A DNA stretch of 32,000 bases from Candidatus Anammoxibacter sp. Its GTDB lineage: Bacteria > Planctomycetota > Brocadiia > Brocadiales > Anammoxibacteraceae. How positions within the stretch are numbered: position 1 is the stretch's first letter; each line of letters begins with the position of its first letter. The stretch lies in NCBI GenBank assembly GCA_021777105.1, contig JAIQZQ010000122.1, positions 863 through 32,862 on the forward strand, written 5' to 3'. Below are positions 16,177 through 23,981 of this stretch, one piece after another. The notes beneath the pieces are model-generated. The model ran no database searches, was not told the DNA's origin, and was given only the letters and a program-made list of their open reading frames with translations. The position numbers were made by a program, and so were the translations under genes.

Positions 16177-17784
16177 ATGATAAATTTAAAAGAGAACGTT
16201 TTTAAAAACAGAAGCCCAAAAGTCGCGCTTGTTGAGCATCCGCGCCCTCGCGACGCAAAGCGGGAGGAGGACGTTGTCAACTCTCCCCTTTCGGCTTGCC
16301 TTATGACTGGATATGCGGCGTCTGTTCTTAAAGAAAAGGGCATTGAGGTTGAAATAGTTGACGCCAACCTTTTGGGCCGGTCAATAGATGAAACTATAGA
16401 GCATCTTTCCGGCGCCGGCTACGCGTTGATTTGCGTTCGGCTTGTTTATTTGTGGGAGCGGACGGAAGACATATTAAATATGATAGGTGAGTTGCGCAAA
16501 CGCGGCGTTAAGGCGCATATAAATCTTTACGGTCATTATGCGACTTTTGCGCGGGATGAGCTGCTTGACCGTTTTCCATTTGTTGATTCCGTCGCGGTTG
16601 GCGAGCCTGAGTTCACATTGCTTGAGTTGGCGGAAAGGTTGGTCGAAGCTGAACAGGAACAAGGCATTTCTAATATCAGTGGACTGGCAGTGAGAGACAA
16701 GCAGGTTGCGTTTAAACCTAGGGAGTTGATAAGCAACCTAGATATGTTGCCGTTTCCTGATCGCCCAAATATTGAAATTGAGAGGGCAAAAGGGACTACA
16801 ACCTATATCCTCGGCAGCAGGGGGTGCTACAATAATTGCGGGTTTTGTTATTTAAATCCTTTTTATGGGGACGAGGCGGACTGGCGGGGAAGAAGCGCGC
16901 AAAATATTTTTGATGAGATAAAGCAGTTATACGGCCAGCGGGAATGCCGCAGTTTCTACTTTGCTGACGCCAACTTCTTCGGCAAGGGCAGGGCCGGCAA
17001 GGAGCGCGTAAAAGAGCTGGCCAACCTTATTATCGAGAGCGGTATAAAAATTATCTTCGGGTTGGAGTGCCGGGCAAACGATGTGGACGCTGAAATTATA
17101 GGGTTGCTTAAAAAGGCCGGGCTTGACAACATTTTCATCGGCATTGAAAGCGGCGATCAGGCCATCCTGAACTCATTCGGCAAAAACACGTCGGTTGAAG
17201 TAAACAAGAAGGCTATAAATATAATAAGGAAGTCAGGGGCAAGTCTTAATATGGGCTTTATCATGTTTGGCCGCAGCGCGAATATTGAGGGGATTAAACA
17301 GAATTTTAATTTCTTGCAGGATATGGGGCTTCTTGTTGAACCGTATACTACGGCTCACCTTTTGCACCACAGGCAATCTATTTTCCAGGGCACTCCTGAT
17401 TATGAAAAATTTATGGCGGAGTCTCAGGCCATTGATAATGGCGGAAGTTTGCCGTTTGGAAATTACGAGGCGTTGTTGGAACTGAATGATAAACGAACTG
17501 CGGTTATGGCGGATGTGGCGTTTAGTTTTTGCAGGAAAGCTTTATCAATTATTTCAGGCAACGGCAAAAACAACGAAGATGATCTATGCGGAAGCAAAAT
17601 AACCGGCGAATCTAAAGACGGCTATTTGGCTAAACTTAACGGACTGCTTATTGACCTTTTTAGCCGAACGTTGGATGGGATTGAAAAAGGCGATATTGAT
17701 CTTGACGATAATGGGGTAAATAGATTAAAAGAGGCGCATATAAATGAAATAGAGAGTTTTGATAAAAAGAATCGCTCAATTTAG
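16177..17784 (+). CDS. B12-binding-domain (class B) radical SAM enzyme, 535 aa
   Basis: The N-terminal region is Rossmann-like and cobalamin-domain-like (KVALVEHPRP...EVEIVDAN...ALICVRL...INLYGHYATF...VAVGEPE). The CxxxCxxC cluster motif is GCYNNCGFC: Cys217/221/224, codons 16825-16848. The only plausible start is the ATG at 16177. Confidence 0.9.
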   Translation: MINLKENVFKNRSPKVALVEHPRPRDAKREEDVVNSPLSACLMTGYAASVLKEKGIEVEIVDANLLGRSIDETIEHLSGAGYALICVRLVYLWERTEDILNMIGELRKRGVKAHINLYGHYATFARDELLDRFPFVDSVAVGEPEFTLLELAERLVEAEQEQGISNISGLAVRDKQVAFKPRELISNLDMLPFPDRPNIEIERAKGTTTYILGSRGCYNNCGFCYLNPFYGDEADWRGRSAQNIFDEIKQLYGQRECRSFYFADANFFGKGRAGKERVKELANLIIESGIKIIFGLECRANDVDAEIIGLLKKAGLDNIFIGIESGDQAILNSFGKNTSVEVNKKAINIIRKSGASLNMGFIMFGRSANIEGIKQNFNFLQDMGLLVEPYTTAHLLHHRQSIFQGTPDYEKFMAESQAIDNGGSLPFGNYEALLELNDKRTAVMADVAFSFCRKALSIISGNGKNNEDDLCGSKITGESKDGYLAKLNGLLIDLFSRTLDGIEKGDIDLDDNGVNRLKEAHINEIESFDKKNRSI

Positions 17785-17811
17785 TTTAATTATTTAAGGT
17801 TATATAAATTT

Positions 17812-18810
17812 ATGAACACAGCTCAATCACAATTTGATTATATTACGGAAATAAGCCTTGGGTATTGGAAATCGAGGACGTTAATAACGGCTGTGGAGTT
17901 GGGCGTGTTTACATGTTTGGCCAAAGGGAGCTGCAACGCGGCTGCGATTGCAAAGGCGGCAAAAAGCGACACAAGGGCAATGGAGATGTTGCTGAACGCG
18001 TTGGTTGGGCTGGAATTTCTCGGCAAAAAAGGGAATTTGTTTAAAAACAGGCCGATTGCAGATCAATATCTGGTTAAAGGCCGGCCTTTGTATCAGGGAA
18101 ACCGCATTCTTTTATCCAGAAACTTATGGGACAACTGGTCAAACCTGGACAAAGCTGTAAAAAGCGGCAAGCCGGTGGCTTTTAAAAACGCCGGCAAGAA
18201 ACCTGACGCAAAAAAGCGCAAAGTGTTTATAACGGCCATGCGCGATTTTGCGGTTTTTAAAAGCAAGGCAGTCGCCGCAAACCTAAACCTGGCCGGCCGT
18301 AACAAGCTTTTAGATTTGGGAGGAGGGCCGGGTTCGTATTCTATAGAATTTGTCAAAGCAAATCCTGAGCTTAATGCTGTAATATTTGATCTAAACGGAG
18401 TTGTGAAGCTGGCAAAAGGTTTTGTTAAGGAAGCGGGTTTAAGCAAAAGGATTAAGACTATTGCCGGAGAGTGTGTTAATGACGATTACGGAGACAATTT
18501 ATACGACGTTGTTTTTGTGTCAAATTTATTGCACATGTATGATGAGAAGATAAATCTGAATATTATAAATAAATGCTATAACGCGCTTGAAAAAGGGGGC
18601 ATGTTCATCGCCAGTGATTTTTTTATGGACACGTCAATGACAAAATCGCAATTTGCCGCCCTTTTTAGCCTGAACATGCTGACCGGCACGCATGGCGGGA
18701 GCAATTACAGCGTTAATGAAATAAAGGGGTGGTTGTCAAAGGCGGGTTTTAATAAATTAAAATCTGTTAAATATGATATGGACTCTTATTTGGTTATTGG
18801 CCATAAATAA
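17812..18810 (+). CDS. class I SAM-dependent O-methyltransferase, family-2 type (N-terminal dimerisation/wHTH domain; CrtF/ASMT-like)
   Basis: SLGYWKSRTLITAVELGVFTCLA forms the dimerisation domain. LLDLGGGPGSYSIEF is motif I. DVVFVSNLLHMYDE and GGMFIASDF are motifs II and III. The start is 27 nt after the radical SAM stop. Confidence 0.85.
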   Translation: MNTAQSQFDYITEISLGYWKSRTLITAVELGVFTCLAKGSCNAAAIAKAAKSDTRAMEMLLNALVGLEFLGKKGNLFKNRPIADQYLVKGRPLYQGNRILLSRNLWDNWSNLDKAVKSGKPVAFKNAGKKPDAKKRKVFITAMRDFAVFKSKAVAANLNLAGRNKLLDLGGGPGSYSIEFVKANPELNAVIFDLNGVVKLAKGFVKEAGLSKRIKTIAGECVNDDYGDNLYDVVFVSNLLHMYDEKINLNIINKCYNALEKGGMFIASDFFMDTSMTKSQFAALFSLNMLTGTHGGSNYSVNEIKGWLSKAGFNKLKSVKYDMDSYLVIGHK

Positions 18811-18902
18811 TGCGTTTTTGAAAAATAAGCAACATAAACAGACCGTAAAAATTTATCCTAAATGGCTATGTCGTTTAAATATAGAGGGGGTTAATATTAT
18901 TA

Positions 18903-18931
18903 TTGACAACTCAATTGCTCTCTGATATCAT
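18903..18931 (+). promoter_or_regulatory. sigma70-type promoter candidate upstream of the ACP gene
   Basis: TTGACA (18903-18908), an exactly 17-nt spacer, then TATCAT (18926-18931). A hairpin follows in the leader: GGCGTAA (18958-18964) with TTACGCC (18975-18981), then TTTT. Confidence 0.5.
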
Positions 18932-19045
18932 TATCCGATTAATGTTTTGCCTGCGTCGGCGTAACACATTGTTTTTACGCCTTTTAGCGGTAAAATTTAA
19001 AGGTTTAAAATAATAATTTAGGCACTTTTAAATGGAGGGGTTAAG

Positions 19046-19300
19046 TTGTATTCAGACGACACGGAAAGAGATGTCACAGCTATAGTCGCGGAAGTGACCG
19101 AGATGGACGAAGCCGAAATTTGGGAAAAAAAAGAAGCTGATTTTTTCAAAGATTTGGAAATAGATTCATTGTTGGCTTTGGAAATTTTGGCATTAATTGA
19201 AAAAAAGTTCAAGATTCAAGTACCTGAAGAGAAACTTGTAGATATTACATCACTTCAGCAGACAATTAATATGACTAAAGCAGTGTTAGAGGCAAAATAA
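19046..19300 (+). CDS. acyl carrier protein
   Basis: FKDLEIDSLLALEILALIE contains the D-S-L phosphopantetheine attachment motif (Ser41, codon 19166-19168). The start is TTG, with SD GGAGGGG 5 nt upstream. Confidence 0.85.
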   Translation: MYSDDTERDVTAIVAEVTEMDEAEIWEKKEADFFKDLEIDSLLALEILALIEKKFKIQVPEEKLVDITSLQQTINMTKAVLEAK

Positions 19301-19365
19301 TAATCAGGATAATTAAATTTTTATGCGCATGTATAAAACGGTAAACATTATAAAGGGTGTGCCAA

Positions 19366-19818
19366 ATGAGTTATGATGAGGTAAAACGCCTCTTGCCTCA
19401 ACGGAATCCTTTTATATTTGTTGATAAAATTGTTGAGTTTGAAGAGAATAAGCGGATTGTTTGTATAAAAAATGTATCAGGCAATGAGCCTTATTTTGTG
19501 GGCCATTTTCCTGACTTTGAGATAATGCCGGGCGTTTTGATGTTGGAGGCAATGGCCCAGGCTTCAATAATTTTGTTCAAGAAGAGTTCTACCGGCATGG
19601 ATGATGGGGACGGCAAGGTGTTCTTGCTGGCTTCTGTTAAAAACGCGCGTTTTTTAAAACCGGTTTTTCCCGGCGATCAATTGGCTCTGGAAATTAATGT
19701 TGAAAAAATAGTGGCAAGCGGAGCCATTGTTCAGGGGGTGGCCAAAGTAGGAGACAAAACCGTCGCAAAAGCGGCTCTAACATTCGGCACGGCTGAAAAA
19801 AGCGCGTTATCACAATAA
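19366..19818 (+). CDS. fabZ: 3-hydroxyacyl-ACP dehydratase, FabZ family
   Basis: LLPQRNPFIFVDKIVEFEENKRIVCIKNVSGNEPYFVGHFPDFEIMPGVLMLEAMAQ is a near-textbook FabZ hot-dog signature and includes the catalytic His and Glu contexts. I prefer ATG 19366 (MSYDE...) over the tracked GTG 19357. Confidence 0.9.
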   Translation: MSYDEVKRLLPQRNPFIFVDKIVEFEENKRIVCIKNVSGNEPYFVGHFPDFEIMPGVLMLEAMAQASIILFKKSSTGMDDGDGKVFLLASVKNARFLKPVFPGDQLALEINVEKIVASGAIVQGVAKVGDKTVAKAALTFGTAEKSALSQ

Positions 19819-19854
19819 AATCATATCAAAACACAAATTTAATAATATAGAATG

Positions 19855-19877
19855 CCCCGATAATTCGGGGTTTCTTT
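19855..19877 (+). terminator. terminator-like hairpin between fabZ and the KS gene
   Basis: CCCCGA (19855-19860), loop TAAT, TCGGGG (19865-19870), then TTTCTTT. A TATAAT hexamer lies downstream at 19910-19915. Confidence 0.45.
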
Positions 19878-19931
19878 ATTATTACGGCAACGTTAAACTT
19901 CATAGTTTTTATAATCCCGTTCTATTTTATC

Positions 19932-21152
19932 ATGAAAAAACGAATAGTAATTACAGGCATGGGGGTGGTTTCTCCTGTTGGATGCGGAAAAGACGTCTTT
20001 TGGGACGCTATTACTTCCGGCAAGTCAGGAATTGACGAGGTGAAAGGTTTTGACACTTCAGCGTTCAGGGTGCATCGGGGTTGCGAAGTTAAAGACTTCA
20101 ATTATAAAGATTACATACCAAACGGAACCGGCAGAGAAATCGGCAAGGGTTCTGAGTTTGCCGTTGCGGCGGCCAAACTTGCGCTGGATGATTCAGGCCT
20201 AAATATTGAAGAACTTGATAAAGAGAGGATCGGCGTTTCAGTCGGCACTACGGCGGGCGAAATTCAAGTATTGGAAAAGATCGACGATACCAGATTCAAA
20301 AATGGCGAGGATGCCGTTGATCCTGAACAATTCTTAAAACATCCTTGCAACAGCATACCTGCAAACATAGCTATAGAGTTTGGATTTAAAGGCCCGAACA
20401 CAATAATTCCCACTGCGTGCGCCGCCGGTAATTACGCGGTAGGTTACGCGTGCGATTTGATATCAATGGGCCGGGCGGATTATATGGTCGCGGGTGGAGC
20501 CGATCCATTTTCAAGAGTGGCGTATGTTGGATTTGGCAGGTTAAACGCCATCGCGCCTGAGATTTGTCAACCATTTGCGAAAGACCGCAAAGGGATGATG
20601 ATAGGCGAGGGAGCCGGCATAGTAGTTCTGGAGTCGCTTGAAAATGCGCGAAAAAGAAACGCAGAAATTTACGCCGAGATTATCGGGAGCGGACTTAGCT
20701 GCGACGGTTATCACATTACAATTCCTCATCCGGAAGGCATCGGGGTTATCGCGGCAATGAAAAAGGCTATAAAAGACGCCAATATAAAACCGGAAGATAT
20801 TCAATATATAAGTGCTCATGGAACCGGGACTATGGCAAACGACAAAGCCGAAACCGTATCAGTTAAAAAGGTTTTTGGCGAACACGCAAATAAATTAATG
20901 ATAAGCTCCATTAAGTCTATGATCGGGCACACCATGGGAGCGGCAAGCGCAATAGAGACGGTGGCTTGCGCAATGGCTGTAAAAAACAATATTGTTCCAC
21001 CGACCACAAATTATTCCGCAAAAGATCCCGAGTGCGATCTTGATGTTGTTCCTAATGAAAAACGGGAAACGGAAGTAAACATTGTCCTCAACAACGCCTA
21101 TGCGTTTGGAGGCAATAATAGTTGTTTGGTTATTAAAAAATTTGCCGAGTAA
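19932..21152 (+). CDS. beta-ketoacyl-ACP synthase, FabF/KAS II-like (active KS subunit)
   Basis: The Cys-His-His triad contexts are intact: PTACAAG (Cys163, codon 20418-20420), SAHGTGT and GHTMGAAS. Confidence 0.9.
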   Translation: MKKRIVITGMGVVSPVGCGKDVFWDAITSGKSGIDEVKGFDTSAFRVHRGCEVKDFNYKDYIPNGTGREIGKGSEFAVAAAKLALDDSGLNIEELDKERIGVSVGTTAGEIQVLEKIDDTRFKNGEDAVDPEQFLKHPCNSIPANIAIEFGFKGPNTIIPTACAAGNYAVGYACDLISMGRADYMVAGGADPFSRVAYVGFGRLNAIAPEICQPFAKDRKGMMIGEGAGIVVLESLENARKRNAEIYAEIIGSGLSCDGYHITIPHPEGIGVIAAMKKAIKDANIKPEDIQYISAHGTGTMANDKAETVSVKKVFGEHANKLMISSIKSMIGHTMGAASAIETVACAMAVKNNIVPPTTNYSAKDPECDLDVVPNEKRETEVNIVLNNAYAFGGNNSCLVIKKFAE

Positions 21153-21155
21153 AAA

Positions 21156-22388
21156 ATGGAAAAACAAATAGTTGTCACAGGCATAGGAATTATTTCCGCT
21201 TTAGGCGATGATAAAACTCAATTTTGGGGTAATCTGACAAAAGGAGTCTCCGGCATAAAACCCGTTACCCTTTTCGATGTCTCATCGTTTAAAAATAAAT
21301 TAGCGGGCGAAATAACGGAATTTGATCCTAAAGCGTATTTAGGCAAAAAGGGTATCAGACATATAGACCGCACGTCATTGTTAATTTCGTCAGCCGCAAA
21401 ATTGGCTTTGCAGGACGCGAATGTGAACGACGACACATACGGCTGCGAAGAAAAAGGCATAGTTTTCGGATCAACATACGGCAGCATCGACAGCATAAGC
21501 GAATTTGATATGGAAGCCCTTAAAGAGGGCCCGAATTATGTAAACCCAATGGCTTTTCCAAACACGGTCTTAAACGCCCCGGCAAGCAGAGCGTCTATTT
21601 TTTGCAACGCTACAGGGTTAAACTCTACAATTTCAAACGGCGTTACCAGCTCTATCGACTCAATAATTTACGCCTCGGATTTCCTTAAAATGAGCAGAGT
21701 AAAGGCTGTTTTAACCGGAGGCGTCTTTGGTTTGACCTATGGTATATACCTTGGAACTTCTCATGCAAAGCTTCTCTCCGGCAGCGATGGGAATCCAAAT
21801 GAAATCTCAGCTCCGTTTGATAAAAGACGAAACGGTTTTGTGTTGGGCGAGGGAGCCGCTGTTATGTTGCTTGAAAATATTGATGACGCAAAAAAAAGAA
21901 ACGCGACTATTTACGGCGAAATAAAAGGGTACGGAACGTCTTTTAGCCCTAACAAGGTAATCGGCAAAGAGAGCAATGTTGATGACGGCAAACGCGCTAT
22001 TACGATTGCGTTAAATGAGGCGTCGTTGACTGCGGATAATATATCGTTTATATCGGCAAACGCCAACTCCAGCATTGATGGAGATATAAGGGAGTCGCGG
22101 ATTATTAAAGAAGTGTTTGGAGATCAAACTAAAAATACGCCTGTAACCGCCGTTAAATCTATGATCGGCGAGTGCCTTGACGCATCAGGAGCAATGCAGA
22201 CAATTTCAAGCTTATTGGCGATAAATAACGGGGCTGTACCTCCAACAATAAATTGTGAAGAGCTCGATGAAAAGTGCGGTTTGGAGTGCGTTCCTGACGA
22301 ATGCAGGGAAATGGCTGTTGAAAACGTGTTGATTAACTCTTTTTCTGATATTGGGAACGCGTCTTCGTTAATTGTTTCTAAATTTTAA
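21156..22388 (+). CDS. KS-like partner lacking the catalytic triad (chain-length-factor / KS-beta-like)
   Basis: It aligns to the preceding KS without gaps across the active-site segment. Cys163 becomes Val163 (GTT, 21642-21644). SAHGTGT becomes [15 protein letters not shown] becomes GECLDASG. The start is 3 nt after the KS stop. Confidence 0.85.
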   Translation: MEKQIVVTGIGIISALGDDKTQFWGNLTKGVSGIKPVTLFDVSSFKNKLAGEITEFDPKAYLGKKGIRHIDRTSLLISSAAKLALQDANVNDDTYGCEEKGIVFGSTYGSIDSISEFDMEALKEGPNYVNPMAFPNTVLNAPASRASIFCNATGLNSTISNGVTSSIDSIIYASDFLKMSRVKAVLTGGVFGLTYGIYLGTSHAKLLSGSDGNPNEISAPFDKRRNGFVLGEGAAVMLLENIDDAKKRNATIYGEIKGYGTSFSPNKVIGKESNVDDGKRAITIALNEASLTADNISFISANANSSIDGDIRESRIIKEVFGDQTKNTPVTAVKSMIGECLDASGAMQTISSLLAINNGAVPPTINCEELDEKCGLECVPDECREMAVENVLINSFSDIGNASSLIVSKF

Positions 22389-22448
22389 TGATAAAAGTTT
22401 AGCGGAAATCAAAACGCTGCACATTCCGCTTGGTTTTAATATTTTGCA

Positions 22449-23900
22449 ATGTATGAGTTTGGTGTAAAAGGTTTTTACGATAAGTCCAGGTTAAAGTCGG
22501 AATATGACGCGATAGTTATAGGGGCCGGCATCGGCGGATTGGTTTGCGGCGCTTTTTTAGCAAAAGCAGGCAAAAAAGTATTGATTGCCGAGCAGCATAG
22601 CATGCCGGGTGGTTATTGCACTTCTTTTAAAAGAAAAGGATTTATCTTTGACTCTGCGGTGCATCACATTGGCGGATGCGGAAGGTGGAGCATTGTCGGA
22701 CGATGTTTTAGCGAGCTTGACATTGACCTTGATTTCCACCATCTTGACCCGATGGACAACATTGTTTTTCCGTCAAGAAGCGTTGAAATCCCCGCGGATA
22801 TCGATGAATATTCAGAAAACTTGCAAAATCAATTTCCTGCTGAAAAGGAAAATATAGCAAAGTTTTTTAAAGAGTTCACCAAACTCTATTGGTCTATTAT
22901 AAACAATAAGGCTCACAGCGCCTTAATAGAGAAATACAACGGAGTTACGTTTAGCGAAACGCTTGACAACTTTTTTGCGGATCCACAATTAAAATCTATT
23001 CTTGGCGGACAATGGGGTTATTTAGGGTCGCTGCCGAACGAAGTGTCAACTATAGGCATGTGCCAGATGTTGATTAACTATTTAAAAGACGGCGCGTATT
23101 TCCCGGTAGGCGGATCGCAAAAATTTGCAAACGCCATACTAAAGCGGTTTATTGACCTTGGAGGTGAAATTATTCTATCATCCATGGTTGAGAAAATATT
23201 GTTGGACGGCGATAAAGCCGCCGGCATTGCGTTAAAAGACGGTCAAGAAGTTTTAGCCGGCACGGTTATTTCAAACGTGGACGCGAAACAAACTTTTCAT
23301 GAGCTTTTACCTACAAAGGTAAACGGCAATTTTGCCGCAAAGCTAAACGGCATGCAGGAAAGCGCGTCTTTCTTTCTGCTTTATCTTGGAGTTGACTCTG
23401 AGATTGATTTGAGCAAACTAAAACGCGGTTTCTATTATCCGTCGGACGGACCGTTTACAAAAGACAACTGGAAATATATTTCAGTGCCCACTAAAGTCGA
23501 CCAGACTTTGGCGCCTGACAATAAACAGATAATTTTTAGCCTGGTAGCGCTGGACAAAGAGTATGATGATATTACGGATTGGGATGATTTAAAGAAAAAG
23601 CTTACCGAGTCCACAATTGACTATCTGTCTGAATTTGCTCCGGGTTTGCGGGATCATATAGAGGTTGTTGACGCGGCTACCCCAAAGACTCTTAAACGGT
23701 ACACTCTTAATTCAAAAGGCGCGCCATACGGCTGGGCCGTAACTAACGACCAGACAGGAGCAAACAGGCTACAGCCGACAACTCCGTTTAAAGGCCTGTA
23801 CCTCGCCGGGCACTGGACAAATCCGGGCCCAGGCATCGCCTCGGTGGTGTCATCAGGCTGGCGCGTGGCAAACATAATTTTAAAAGAAGAAAAACAGTAA
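22449..23900 (+). CDS. FAD-dependent desaturase/oxidoreductase, phytoene-desaturase (CrtI/CrtD) family
   Basis: YDAIVIGAGIGGLVCGAFLAKAGKKVLIAEQHSMPGGYCTSF is the N-terminal dinucleotide-binding motif of this family. The C-terminal GLYLAGHWTNPGPGI motif is also present. Confidence 0.85.
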   Translation: MYEFGVKGFYDKSRLKSEYDAIVIGAGIGGLVCGAFLAKAGKKVLIAEQHSMPGGYCTSFKRKGFIFDSAVHHIGGCGRWSIVGRCFSELDIDLDFHHLDPMDNIVFPSRSVEIPADIDEYSENLQNQFPAEKENIAKFFKEFTKLYWSIINNKAHSALIEKYNGVTFSETLDNFFADPQLKSILGGQWGYLGSLPNEVSTIGMCQMLINYLKDGAYFPVGGSQKFANAILKRFIDLGGEIILSSMVEKILLDGDKAAGIALKDGQEVLAGTVISNVDAKQTFHELLPTKVNGNFAAKLNGMQESASFFLLYLGVDSEIDLSKLKRGFYYPSDGPFTKDNWKYISVPTKVDQTLAPDNKQIIFSLVALDKEYDDITDWDDLKKKLTESTIDYLSEFAPGLRDHIEVVDAATPKTLKRYTLNSKGAPYGWAVTNDQTGANRLQPTTPFKGLYLAGHWTNPGPGIASVVSSGWRVANIILKEEKQ

Positions 23901-23981
23901 CCGGATTTTAGCGCTTCATATATACAAGCGCCAACATCTGGTTACTAACATTAATAATATTTTTTTAGGGAGAAAAATAAT

